A stretch of DNA of 64,000 nucleotides from an uncultured virus (IMG/VR IMGVR_UViG_3300031951_000129) (Duplodnaviria; Heunggongvirae; Uroviricota; Caudoviricetes). Made by a program: the position numbers and the translations under genes. The notes below the pieces were generated by a model. That model was given only the letters and a program-made list of their open reading frames with translations, did not search any database and was not told the origin of the DNA. This document shows positions 53,779 to 61,898 of this stretch, in pieces. Where the stretch lies: the IMG/VR virus record IMGVR_UViG_3300031951_000129. One strand, written 5' to 3'. Numbering within the stretch: position 1 is the stretch's first letter; each line of letters opens with the position of its first letter.

Positions 53779-54726
53779 TTACGGTTCGATTGCGATTTGC
53801 TGGGCTGCACCCGTGTTGAATCTAATCATGAGGCGGGTTTTGCCACTTCCGTTGTCTTCAAGGTAAAGCCTACCCGTGTTGACGGCCCCCGCAGCAGGCG
53901 CAGTCTGTTCCGACATCTCAATAAAGCCGCCACCGTTTAACGTGTCTATTATGATTCCGCTGGAAGTAGACCTTATTGCTGTGGGCCTCCCGGACGCACT
54001 ATTTGAACCGAGAGTAAAAGTTCCCCCCACATTGTTTACGTTGAAGTAATCAATTCCGACCACGCGAATGACGACTTGCTTGGTCCCGCCAGAGGTCCCT
54101 ACAGCCGGGTCAATGACGATAGTATTACTTACTGAGGTTGACACTGGCGAACCAATCGTCAGTGTGCGAATGGTGCCAGTCCCTGCGGCTTCCGGAAAAA
54201 TATGAAACACGTTCCCGCTCCACCCCATATTGACGCGCTCATAGTTGCTGGCGTCGGTGAAGGTGTTGTAGAGGCGGAAGGCTTGGGGGTTCACGCCCCG
54301 GCGCTGGGCGAGGATGTCGGCGGCGTCACGGGCCAGCAAAAGGTCCGAGGAAACCTCTGGGTCGGTCGCGCTGGATGACCATCCGATCAGCCCGCCGGAC
54401 TTCATAACAAGAGAGCCGGGGCCCCCACTCAGGTTAAACGTAGCGACACGTTTGCCAGTGAGTGTAGCGGTGGCCAGATCAGAGGCTTCACTGAAAATCA
54501 TAAGCCCGTATGCGGTCGTATAGATACCGCCGTAAATAGCACCTCCGGTTTGGCGAATGCCCATCGCGCCTGCTTTTGACACACGGAATTGAGCGTTGCC
54601 ACCCACCTGCAAGTCCATCAGTAGTGAAGCCGCCGCAGACGCCGTGTCGGTGACGTTCATCTTGATCGCGGTGAAGGTGGTGGCCCCCTCGTTCCAAGTG
54701 TCGGCCAGATCGTAAATCAGTGCCAT
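53779..54726 (-). CDS. Fibre/spike-like virion protein
   Basis: Beta-rich, mosaic codon usage, structural context. Confidence 0.65.
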   Translation of the reverse strand: MALIYDLADTWNEGATTFTAIKMNVTDTASAAASLLMDLQVGGNAQFRVSKAGAMGIRQTGGAIYGGIYTTAYGLMIFSEASDLATATLTGKRVATFNLSGGPGSLVMKSGGLIGWSSSATDPEVSSDLLLARDAADILAQRRGVNPQAFRLYNTFTDASNYERVNMGWSGNVFHIFPEAAGTGTIRTLTIGSPVSTSVSNTIVIDPAVGTSGGTKQVVIRVVGIDYFNVNNVGGTFTLGSNSASGRPTAIRSTSSGIIIDTLNGGGFIEMSEQTAPAAGAVNTGRLYLEDNGSGKTRLMIRFNTGAAQQIAIEP

Positions 54727-54727
54727 A

Positions 54728-56524
54728 TCACGGCCTCCTTTGAATGGTGCTGCCGAAGCGGTCTTCTACGGTAGTGAGCGCCCGGTCGTATATGTCGACG
54801 GACAGGAGTTCAGGTATCGGCACCCCAGCCTTGGCCCCGGCGAACGCCTCCAGTGCGGTGAGGTCTGCGCCGCTGGTCAGCGCGCCACGGATCAGGAGGA
54901 AGTAGATGTTGCCGTTGAGGGGGAACGTGCCGCCAGAACGCAGCCCAACGTTCAAGGTTTGCGACGAGAAAACTGTGCCCGCAGCGCCTATTCCAGACGG
55001 GTTTTCTCGCTCAACAACCCCGTTCACCCGAGGGGTGATCGCAGTCGATATATTTGCCCCAGTTACGTCAAAAACACCTGTAAGGACATTTGTTGTGGGG
55101 GCGTTGTAGGTCTGCGGCTGGTAAACATTACTGTTGGTCGGCCCTCTGCAAAGAAACCCATAACCGTCGGCCAGCGCCCACGGTGCCCAGATACCAAAGG
55201 TATTTGCAGTGGATGAGGCGTCCGGCCCAAATTCGGCTAGGCAGTGGAAGTCGTCTGTGTCGTTTTTCCGCACTCCAACGCAGAGCGTAGCTTGCCCAGT
55301 GCCGCTCAGGTTCAACGTCGCCGCCGATGCAAGGCTGTCAGTGGTCCCGTCGAATTTCAGCCAGTGGACAGTCGGCACGCCCGCCTCTGTAACACCGAGC
55401 GCGGAGTTGACACGCTGGTACGCCGTGGCAGTGGAGCCGAGTTCAAGTTGCGGATGCCAGATGGCAATTTGCCCAAAGCCCGAAGCATTTCGGTCTTGCA
55501 CATATAGTCCAAATAAGTTGTTAACCGTATCGTGAACCCACGAAGCAGAGTAAAACGTCCACGTGTCCGAAATGGTTATGCCTGTCATATAGACAGTGCT
55601 GGCCGTGTTTGCTCTGAGTTGTAGGTTTGTGTTTCCGCTAATGCGCCGTATCCACAAACCGTTTGTTACAGTGCCAGAAGTTAAAGCAGCGGAAAGGGTT
55701 TGGCCCACGTGGGCGAACTGAGCGCCAAACGTCACAAGTTGGGCGGTGTTCGTCCCATCTGGTGCTGTCGTAGCCCCGTTTCTGGTTGCCCCCAAAAGGT
55801 ACAACCACGCCGCATTATCGAACGCCTCGGTATAGGTCAGCAGGTTCCTGACGCCCGTCGAGGGTGCAAAGGCGTAGATCGGGCGGTTGGCGAGGGTGGA
55901 TTGCGTCAGGGCGGTGAGGGCGACTTCCTTGACGGAGATGTTGTCGAAATCAATGTAGTCGCTGACGTTTCCAGAGGTGCTTGAGAAACCAAACTGGACA
56001 ACCATCGACGTTCCGGTAGCCACATGGACGAAGCTGGCAGAACCAGACGCAGCGGTTCCAAAGCTCCGAGAAATGCCGCTGGTGGAGACATGGACATCCC
56101 TACCGAACGAGTTGGAATACGAAGCAGTTACCCGATACGCCCTTCCTGCAACAGTCGTGATCGTCTGCTCCGCCACAGGGAACGCCCCGGTCGTAGCCTT
56201 TGTGACCCGAAGTGTTCCAGACACCCACGACAGGGTGGCGCTCGAAGATGCTGCCCACCCGGTGATGTTGCTGTCAAACGTCCCATTCGTCACCAACTCG
56301 ACGTCAGCGCCCCTGCGCTGCCCGAGGATCAAAGCTACGCTCTGCCCGTCCGCCGTGACAGGCGTTGTCCCTGCGGTGTCAGTGAACATCCGCGACAGGT
56401 CGGACGGGTCGAACCAGTCGCCCGCCTCGCCGGATGCGAAAAGAACGGAGGGAGAGTAGACGGCCGCCGCGCCGCCGCGCAGCAGCGTGCGAAACGGCGA
56501 CGGCATTCCGAAGGCGCTGCCCAT
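54728..56524 (-). CDS. Head fibre/receptor-binding-like protein with carbohydrate-binding-type domains
   Basis: WFDPSD, ELVTNGTFD...DNISVKE, RNLLTYTE.FD..W and PQLELGSTATAYQ motifs. Confidence 0.7.
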   Translation of the reverse strand: MGSAFGMPSPFRTLLRGGAAAVYSPSVLFASGEAGDWFDPSDLSRMFTDTAGTTPVTADGQSVALILGQRRGADVELVTNGTFDSNITGWAASSSATLSWVSGTLRVTKATTGAFPVAEQTITTVAGRAYRVTASYSNSFGRDVHVSTSGISRSFGTAASGSASFVHVATGTSMVVQFGFSSTSGNVSDYIDFDNISVKEVALTALTQSTLANRPIYAFAPSTGVRNLLTYTEAFDNAAWLYLLGATRNGATTAPDGTNTAQLVTFGAQFAHVGQTLSAALTSGTVTNGLWIRRISGNTNLQLRANTASTVYMTGITISDTWTFYSASWVHDTVNNLFGLYVQDRNASGFGQIAIWHPQLELGSTATAYQRVNSALGVTEAGVPTVHWLKFDGTTDSLASAATLNLSGTGQATLCVGVRKNDTDDFHCLAEFGPDASSTANTFGIWAPWALADGYGFLCRGPTNSNVYQPQTYNAPTTNVLTGVFDVTGANISTAITPRVNGVVERENPSGIGAAGTVFSSQTLNVGLRSGGTFPLNGNIYFLLIRGALTSGADLTALEAFAGAKAGVPIPELLSVDIYDRALTTVEDRFGSTIQRRP

Positions 56525-56823
56525 CAGGCGTGGCTCACCACAATCTTGGCCCGGCGGCCGTTGATCGGCGTTGCGAAGACCCGGTCCGCCGTCGCGGACA
56601 GCTGCGCGATGGTCAAGTTCACTTCACCCTGCTTGTCGCTGTCGTCCGGATCCGCGCGGTACTCGAAGCCTGCGTCGGTCAGCGCAGACGGAGCAGACCC
56701 CGTCGTGCACCGGATCTTGACCGCGCCACTGAGCACCTGAAACGTGATGGCCGTGGCGTCGGAGTTCGTAAGCTCCGTCCAGACCCCGACGGGGCAGGTC
56801 ACCCTGACTTGGTCTTGCGCCAT
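56524..56823 (-). CDS. Small virion-associated protein
   Basis: TGATG coupling; gene context. Confidence 0.65.
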   Translation of the reverse strand: MAQDQVRVTCPVGVWTELTNSDATAITFQVLSGAVKIRCTTGSAPSALTDAGFEYRADPDDSDKQGEVNLTIAQLSATADRVFATPINGRRAKIVVSHA

Positions 56824-56825
56824 GG

Positions 56826-57200
56826 TTACACCGCCTTGACCGTCGTGAAGCTGACGACAATCGTGCCGTTGAAGGCTTGCGCGGAGTCGTGCGCGTTCCG
56901 CACGATGACGACGACAGACCCGGCGGCCGGGGTGACGCGGACGATGACCGGCGTACCCTGCGTGTTGGTGCCGTTGGCCACCGACGCCATCACAATGTCT
57001 GCCGCGGCGATGCGGCTGTTCGTGATGGTCAGGGTATAGTTGACGTTCTGGGCAGTCGTCAGCGACTCGCTGGTGACCTTGCCATGCAGAGCGTTGAGGG
57101 TAGCAGCGCCCGCCGTCGCGGTGGCCGTGCCGATGCCCGTGATCGCGCCAACAAAGCCGTTGGTCGACGTCACTGGGCCAGAAAACGTGGTGGAAGCCAT
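56826..57200 (-). CDS. Small virion protein (TTFSGPV N-terminus)
   Basis: GAGG RBS; first structural gene after the capsid/endonuclease. Confidence 0.7.
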   Translation of the reverse strand: MASTTFSGPVTSTNGFVGAITGIGTATATAGAATLNALHGKVTSESLTTAQNVNYTLTITNSRIAAADIVMASVANGTNTQGTPVIVRVTPAAGSVVVIVRNAHDSAQAFNGTIVVSFTTVKAV

Positions 57201-57315
57201 GAAAGGTACCTCATGCACGAGGGTTGGCCGGCAGTCTGTGCATCGTCAGGTGGGCGCCTGTCTGCTCGGCTGATGAGCCCATGGCGCAAGTGTAGCACAG
57301 CGCCTACGGTGCTGT

Positions 57316-58164
57316 CTACGCCCGACGAAAGCTCCACCCGGCGAAGTGTCCTTTACTCAGCGGCCGGCCCGACTCCAGCGCCCGATGCACTGTTGGAGGG
57401 GTCAGGCCGAGCACCGCCCGCAACTCCGTGATCGTAGCGTATGCGGTCTCGGCCCCCGCAGGATCGACCGCTACCACCGGTCTCCCCATCTTGGCGCGGG
57501 ACTCCGCCGTGTGCGTCTTGCCTAGCCAGTGCGTGTTGCCTTTCTGTGCCGCAGACAGTTTGGCGCGGTGTTCCGCGCTGCGAACGTGCCCCTTAGCATG
57601 CTGGTTGCCCTTGGCCGCCGCGGCCATCTTGGCCCGGGTCTCGGGAGACGGAATGAACTTTCCACCCCGGCCCTCCGCCAGCGCAGCCTGCACCTTAGCG
57701 CTGATCTTTTGCTTGGCTTCCTCCGAGTGGGTCTTGCCAGTCCGCGGGTCGTCGACCTCCCATTGCCGCTTGGTCGCGGCGCGCAGTGCGGCTTTGGCTT
57801 CGTCTGATATTGTTTTGCCGTAGCCGGGATGGGCCTCTCCTACCATCCCTCGAAACGGGCTCTTAGCGTACAGCGACAGATTGCAGCATTTGGGGTCACC
57901 CGCGCAGTCTTGCAGTAGCGCTTCTTCGCACGCCTCCATATCGGAGGCGCTCTCGAACTCGGCCAGCACGACAAACTGAAATACGGCTTCGCCGTGCTTA
58001 GCCCACGTGGCCTGCAGCTTGGGGTTAGGATGCACCCCGGCCCGCAGCTTCTTCCTATGCGTCCGCCACCGCTCGTACAGGTTCGTGCTGCTTCCGACGT
58101 AATAGGAACCGCTGACCGTGTTGACGATCCGGTATACGGCGATCTTTTTGTTAGGGGTGGTCAC
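57316..58164 (-). CDS. Free-standing GIY-YIG homing endonuclease with NUMOD3 repeats
   Basis: AVYRIVN...YYVGSS...RW..H; repeated GK.HSEE.K.K.S units. Confidence 0.9.
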   Translation of the reverse strand: MTTPNKKIAVYRIVNTVSGSYYVGSSTNLYERWRTHRKKLRAGVHPNPKLQATWAKHGEAVFQFVVLAEFESASDMEACEEALLQDCAGDPKCCNLSLYAKSPFRGMVGEAHPGYGKTISDEAKAALRAATKRQWEVDDPRTGKTHSEEAKQKISAKVQAALAEGRGGKFIPSPETRAKMAAAAKGNQHAKGHVRSAEHRAKLSAAQKGNTHWLGKTHTAESRAKMGRPVVAVDPAGAETAYATITELRAVLGLTPPTVHRALESGRPLSKGHFAGWSFRRA

Positions 58165-58227
58165 AGTTTGCTCCTACACAAAGCTATATGTCGATATAGG
58201 TAGCTTGTAAAATCCTTGTAGTCAACC

Positions 58228-58258
58228 CAAAAGAAAAGGCCCGCCGGAGCGGGCCTTA
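58228..58258 (-). terminator. Rho-independent terminator after the major capsid gene
   Basis: On the minus strand AAGGCCCGC-TCCG-GCGGGCCTT followed by TTCTTTT. Confidence 0.8.
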
Positions 58259-58280
58259 ACTACTTGATTTTTCTTGTAAC

Positions 58281-59189
58281 TCATGCCCCCTGAGTGCCGT
58301 ACATGCCCAGCGGATCGCTCACGCCGAATGAGTAACGCTCGCGTGCCTTGTACCGGACGTTTCCGCTGTCGAAATCGCCCTCCATGGCCGTCTGCATCGC
58401 CACGCGGACGAAGTGCTTCATGCCGTTGGGGACGTCGGTCGTGAGGAACCACGCATCGTCATCGGTCAGGTAGTGGTTGACGCGATAGCCCTGCGGGATC
58501 GACCCGTTCGACTTCAGCGCGTTGATGTCGTTGTCCGCCGTGCCGACCCGCATTTCAGTCTGCAGGAGGCGCGTGGCGACGAACATCAACGCCGGGGGGA
58601 CGATCAGCTTGCGCGGACGGGCAGCGATGAGCAGCCCGCGCTCGTCCTTGAACGCCGCGATGTCGATCACAGCCTGTTCGAGAGAGGTCTCGTTCAGGTC
58701 GGAGTCGGCCGCGGGGCGGTTGGCGTTGGTGACACCGGACACGGTCGGGTGGGCCGTGTTGAACAGCGTCACGTTGTCCCCTGAGAGGAACGTGCTGAAC
58801 CCGGTGTTCAGGAGCGACGCCGCCTTGACCTGCTTGGTGTAGGCCATGCCGCGCGCCAGCGCCTTGGTGTACCGGGCCGAGAGCGAGTCATAGAGGTTGT
58901 CCTCCATGGCTTCCTCGGTGATCGAGAAGCCCATCGCGACGGTCTCGTGGTTGTACCGCGCGGTGAACGACTCTTGCGCCGTGTCGTAGGTGATGGACGC
59001 GCCTTCCGTCTTCACCGGTGCCGCGCCGAAGCCCGACAGCTTGACTTCTTCCTCGAAGCTGCGCTCCGAGTTTTCAGTCTCGTAGATCTCCGCATGCTCG
59101 TTTTCGTACTTGCCGTACTCAAGACCGAACAGTGCGTTGAGGCCCGGGAGGAGTTCCTTGAGGGCCTGTGCGCGAGAGATAGTTGCCAT
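58281..59189 (-). CDS. Major capsid protein
   Basis: 302 aa, ISRAQ.LKELLPGLNALFG...KARERYSFG motif; follows scaffold and decoration genes and is followed by a terminator. Confidence 0.88.
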   Translation of the reverse strand: MATISRAQALKELLPGLNALFGLEYGKYENEHAEIYETENSERSFEEEVKLSGFGAAPVKTEGASITYDTAQESFTARYNHETVAMGFSITEEAMEDNLYDSLSARYTKALARGMAYTKQVKAASLLNTGFSTFLSGDNVTLFNTAHPTVSGVTNANRPAADSDLNETSLEQAVIDIAAFKDERGLLIAARPRKLIVPPALMFVATRLLQTEMRVGTADNDINALKSNGSIPQGYRVNHYLTDDDAWFLTTDVPNGMKHFVRVAMQTAMEGDFDSGNVRYKARERYSFGVSDPLGMYGTQGA

Positions 59190-59202
59190 TCAGGTACCCT
59201 CC

Positions 59203-59865
59203 TTAGATGCCAAGCGGGTTGGTGTACGAGTGGACACCGACGTTGAGCTTGACGTGGAACTCGGGGTAGGTGTCGGTCTGCGTGCCGGGCTCGAACCCGA
59301 CAATGCGAACCGCCAGCGTCGACGTGACCGCGAGGCTGCCGCCGTTGGTACCGACCAGAAGCCGCACGCCAGAGTTGCCCGTCGTGGTGCTGCCCGCGGT
59401 GTTGAAGTCCAACGCCGCGTTCTTGCCGATGGCACCGGGCCAGCCGGAACCGGCCGTACCGGAGTTGAAGGTACCGAGGGCAGCGGTGCCCTTGACCTTG
59501 AACACGGCATAGGGGTCGTCGCACACCATCACCCACACATCGGTGGCGCCGCCAGTGACGAGGCCGGCCGGAAGGTAGTGATTGTGCACGAGTTGGCCCG
59601 TCTGCGAGATGTACCGCGCGCCGACGCAAACACCGACGATGCCGGCGGTGGCGTTGGACGACGTGGACGGGATGTTGATCGCGACGGGGGTGGAGCTGAC
59701 AGCCGCAGGCTGTCCAGCCGTGGTAAGGGCGACGAGGTCTCCGTTGAAGATCGCCGCGGCGTTGTTCGCCGCGACCCGAAACTCACGGATGGTCCCGCCG
59801 TTGGAAGCACGACCCGCGAGGTTGTTCACCATCTGGAGGCCGTAGGGAGTGGCGAACGATGCCAT
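59203..59865 (-). CDS. Capsid decoration/cement-like protein
   Basis: PYGL...IFNGDLV...DDP motifs; directly upstream of the major capsid gene. Confidence 0.65.
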   Translation of the reverse strand: MASFATPYGLQMVNNLAGRASNGGTIREFRVAANNAAAIFNGDLVALTTAGQPAAVSSTPVAINIPSTSSNATAGIVGVCVGARYISQTGQLVHNHYLPAGLVTGGATDVWVMVCDDPYAVFKVKGTAALGTFNSGTAGSGWPGAIGKNAALDFNTAGSTTTGNSGVRLLVGTNGGSLAVTSTLAVRIVGFEPGTQTDTYPEFHVKLNVGVHSYTNPLGI

Positions 59866-59902
59866 TTCTCTCTCCTTCGAGCGTGAGGGTCACCGGCAAG
59901 GG

Positions 59903-60349
59903 CTACTTGCCGAACTGCGTGGTGCGCGTGGACCGCTCGGGGCGAAGAACCGGCATACGCGGGTCGGACTCACGCAGGAAGTTGTTGTCGACGGCTTGCA
60001 TCTGGACGTTTGCCTGCTCCAGCTGGCCTTCGACGCGCTCCATGACGCGTTCCTCGGGGATACTGCAGAGCAGCAAGCCCCCGACTTCGATGTTCCCCTT
60101 GAACCGCGAGTCCAAGTCGGAAAGGATTTTCAGCTCGGGGAAGTCTTCGGCACGGACCGGGGTATACCCTTCGCGCATGCGCTTCGAGACGTTGATGTTG
60201 TCAGTCTGACCCAGTGTGGAGGTGCGCACCCAACGGAACTTGAGTCCGTCACGCGGTGCGGGGGTCGGAAGCAACTCAGCCTTGGACCACGGCTTTTTAC
60301 GCTCGGTGGCCTCTCTCGTCTGCAGATCACGGGGGGTACGGTCAGCCAT
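59903..60349 (-). CDS. Conserved head-region protein
   Basis: FRWVR...REGY.PV...VGGLLLC. Confidence 0.7.
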   Translation of the reverse strand: MADRTPRDLQTREATERKKPWSKAELLPTPAPRDGLKFRWVRTSTLGQTDNINVSKRMREGYTPVRAEDFPELKILSDLDSRFKGNIEVGGLLLCSIPEERVMERVEGQLEQANVQMQAVDNNFLRESDPRMPVLRPERSTRTTQFGK

Positions 60350-61292
60350 TTCTCTTCTCCTTGCGAAGTTGCGCCGCATACTGTTCAGGCGTCAAACCAA
60401 GGCGCTTGGCGAGAGCGACCGCGGACGAAGTGAGAACCACCTTTTCGCGTGATGTTGCGCCGCTGTTGCGAGACGCAGGGGCCACCACGGAGCCCGTCTG
60501 ACGCTGCTGGGTTCTCACCGCGGGTGCAGCTGCGCCAAACTTCTCTGGAAAACGGGACCTTACGGCCTCGTCGATCTGAGTGTAATACGTTTCGCTCTCC
60601 GGATCAACTCCGCTTGTGACAAGCTGCTCGTGCACACCGTACACGAAGCCCGTCATGGCTTTGTCCTTCTGAAACCACGTATTCTGTTGCGCCCACGCCT
60701 TCGCCCGGGGCGATGGTTCAGCTACCCGTGGGGAGGACACAGGCGCTGGCGCCGGCGCCCGCGCGGGCGAAGGCGTGGACTCCGGAACCGGCTGCGGACG
60801 ATATGTCGTCAACCGGTGTAGCTCGTTGGTGAGGGTGGCCAACTCGGTCTGTGCCGTGACCATGGCGTCGACGTCGCCGGCCTCGTAGGCACTCTTGTAC
60901 TTGGCTTTGGCCTGTTCCAGCTGCGTCTCGGCCCGCGCCTTGGCTTGCCCGATAACGGCGTTCTGGCCTTCGGTCAGGCGCCGACGCAAATCGTCCGCTT
61001 CCCGCTTGGCAGCTTCAGCGAAGCGAATGGCCTCCTCGCGGATGCGCTCTGCCTCCTCCTTGCGCCGCCGCTCCTCGTGGCGCTCGTACTTCAGCTTGTT
61101 GATGCGTTTCTTGACGCGCTCGCTGTAGCCTTCGAGGTCGTCCGTCTCGTCGGTAGGCTCCGCCTCGTCTGCGGCATCCGGCTCGGGCTTGGCCCGGTTG
61201 CGGTCGGGTTCAGGAGTGTCGTCCTGAATTTCAATCTCGAACTCGTCGCCGTCGACCTCGACCTCGATGTCCTTGTCCTGTGCGTCGCTCAT
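60342..61292 (-). CDS. Putative scaffolding protein
   Basis: Acidic N-terminus, coiled coil, AKRLGLTPEQYA C-terminus; lies between portal and capsid. Confidence 0.72.
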   Translation of the reverse strand: MSDAQDKDIEVEVDGDEFEIEIQDDTPEPDRNRAKPEPDAADEAEPTDETDDLEGYSERVKKRINKLKYERHEERRRKEEAERIREEAIRFAEAAKREADDLRRRLTEGQNAVIGQAKARAETQLEQAKAKYKSAYEAGDVDAMVTAQTELATLTNELHRLTTYRPQPVPESTPSPARAPAPAPVSSPRVAEPSPRAKAWAQQNTWFQKDKAMTGFVYGVHEQLVTSGVDPESETYYTQIDEAVRSRFPEKFGAAAPAVRTQQRQTGSVVAPASRNSGATSREKVVLTSSAVALAKRLGLTPEQYAAQLRKEKRNG

Positions 61293-61657
61293 GCCCTGCT
61301 ATACCCTCTCGGGTCCTCCACTACTGCTTCCACCGTGTCGTCATTGATGAGCCGGAACTCTCTGCCCAGCACCTTGAACCGGGTGCCCGAGTACGAGCGG
61401 AACATGACAAAGTCCCCCTCCTTGCACCATGGACCATCCGGAAACTTGTTCGGATCCGAGTACGCATCGGACCCCATGGAGATGACGAAACCGATGATTG
61501 ACGCCGTCTCTTCCGCTTTTTTCAGCGAGTCCGGCATGTAGACGCCGCCGTCGGTCTTCTCGCTGACCTCTGGTACGGCGATGAGGAGCTTGTAGCCTAC
61601 CGGGGTCGGTAGCTTGGCCTTGAGGTGCTCGTCCTCGATCTTGTTTGCTGTGTACAT
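61289..61657 (-). CDS. groES: GroES/Cpn10-like co-chaperonin
   Basis: PVGYKLLI...KTDGGVYMP...KEGDFVMF..YSGT...RLINDDTVEAVV. Confidence 0.85.
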   Translation of the reverse strand: MYTANKIEDEHLKAKLPTPVGYKLLIAVPEVSEKTDGGVYMPDSLKKAEETASIIGFVISMGSDAYSDPNKFPDGPWCKEGDFVMFRSYSGTRFKVLGREFRLINDDTVEAVVEDPRGYSRA

Positions 61658-61706
61658 TCTCTCCCTCGTGCAGTGATAAGGCCCACCGTTGCCGTAACTC
61701 CGTACT

Positions 61707-61895
61707 CTACTCGTTAATGAACCGGGACTCCAGCTCTTTTACGTCCTGAATTGTGCGCTCCACGGCGCGTATCGCACCTACCATGGAGCGGTACTCGGCG
61801 TAGTCAGCGGCCACCCCGCTGACCAGCGCGTCGACATACCCCTGCCGGTTCTCGTTGAGGCTGCGCAGCAGCAGGCTGAATACGGTCTGCTCCAC
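61707..61895 (-). CDS. Small conserved head-region protein
   Basis: G..DYAEYR..VG.IR motif; AAGGAG RBS. Confidence 0.7.
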   Translation of the reverse strand: MEQTVFSLLLRSLNENRQGYVDALVSGVAADYAEYRSMVGAIRAVERTIQDVKELESRFINE

Positions 61896-61898
61896 GCG

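Noticed and set aside
53779..56524. Diversity-generating retroelement acting on fibre genes
   Set aside because: No reverse transcriptase, and no template/variable repeat pair differing at adenines was seen.
61289..61657. Phage GroES as a novelty
   Set aside because: Co-chaperonin genes in phage head modules are already well known.
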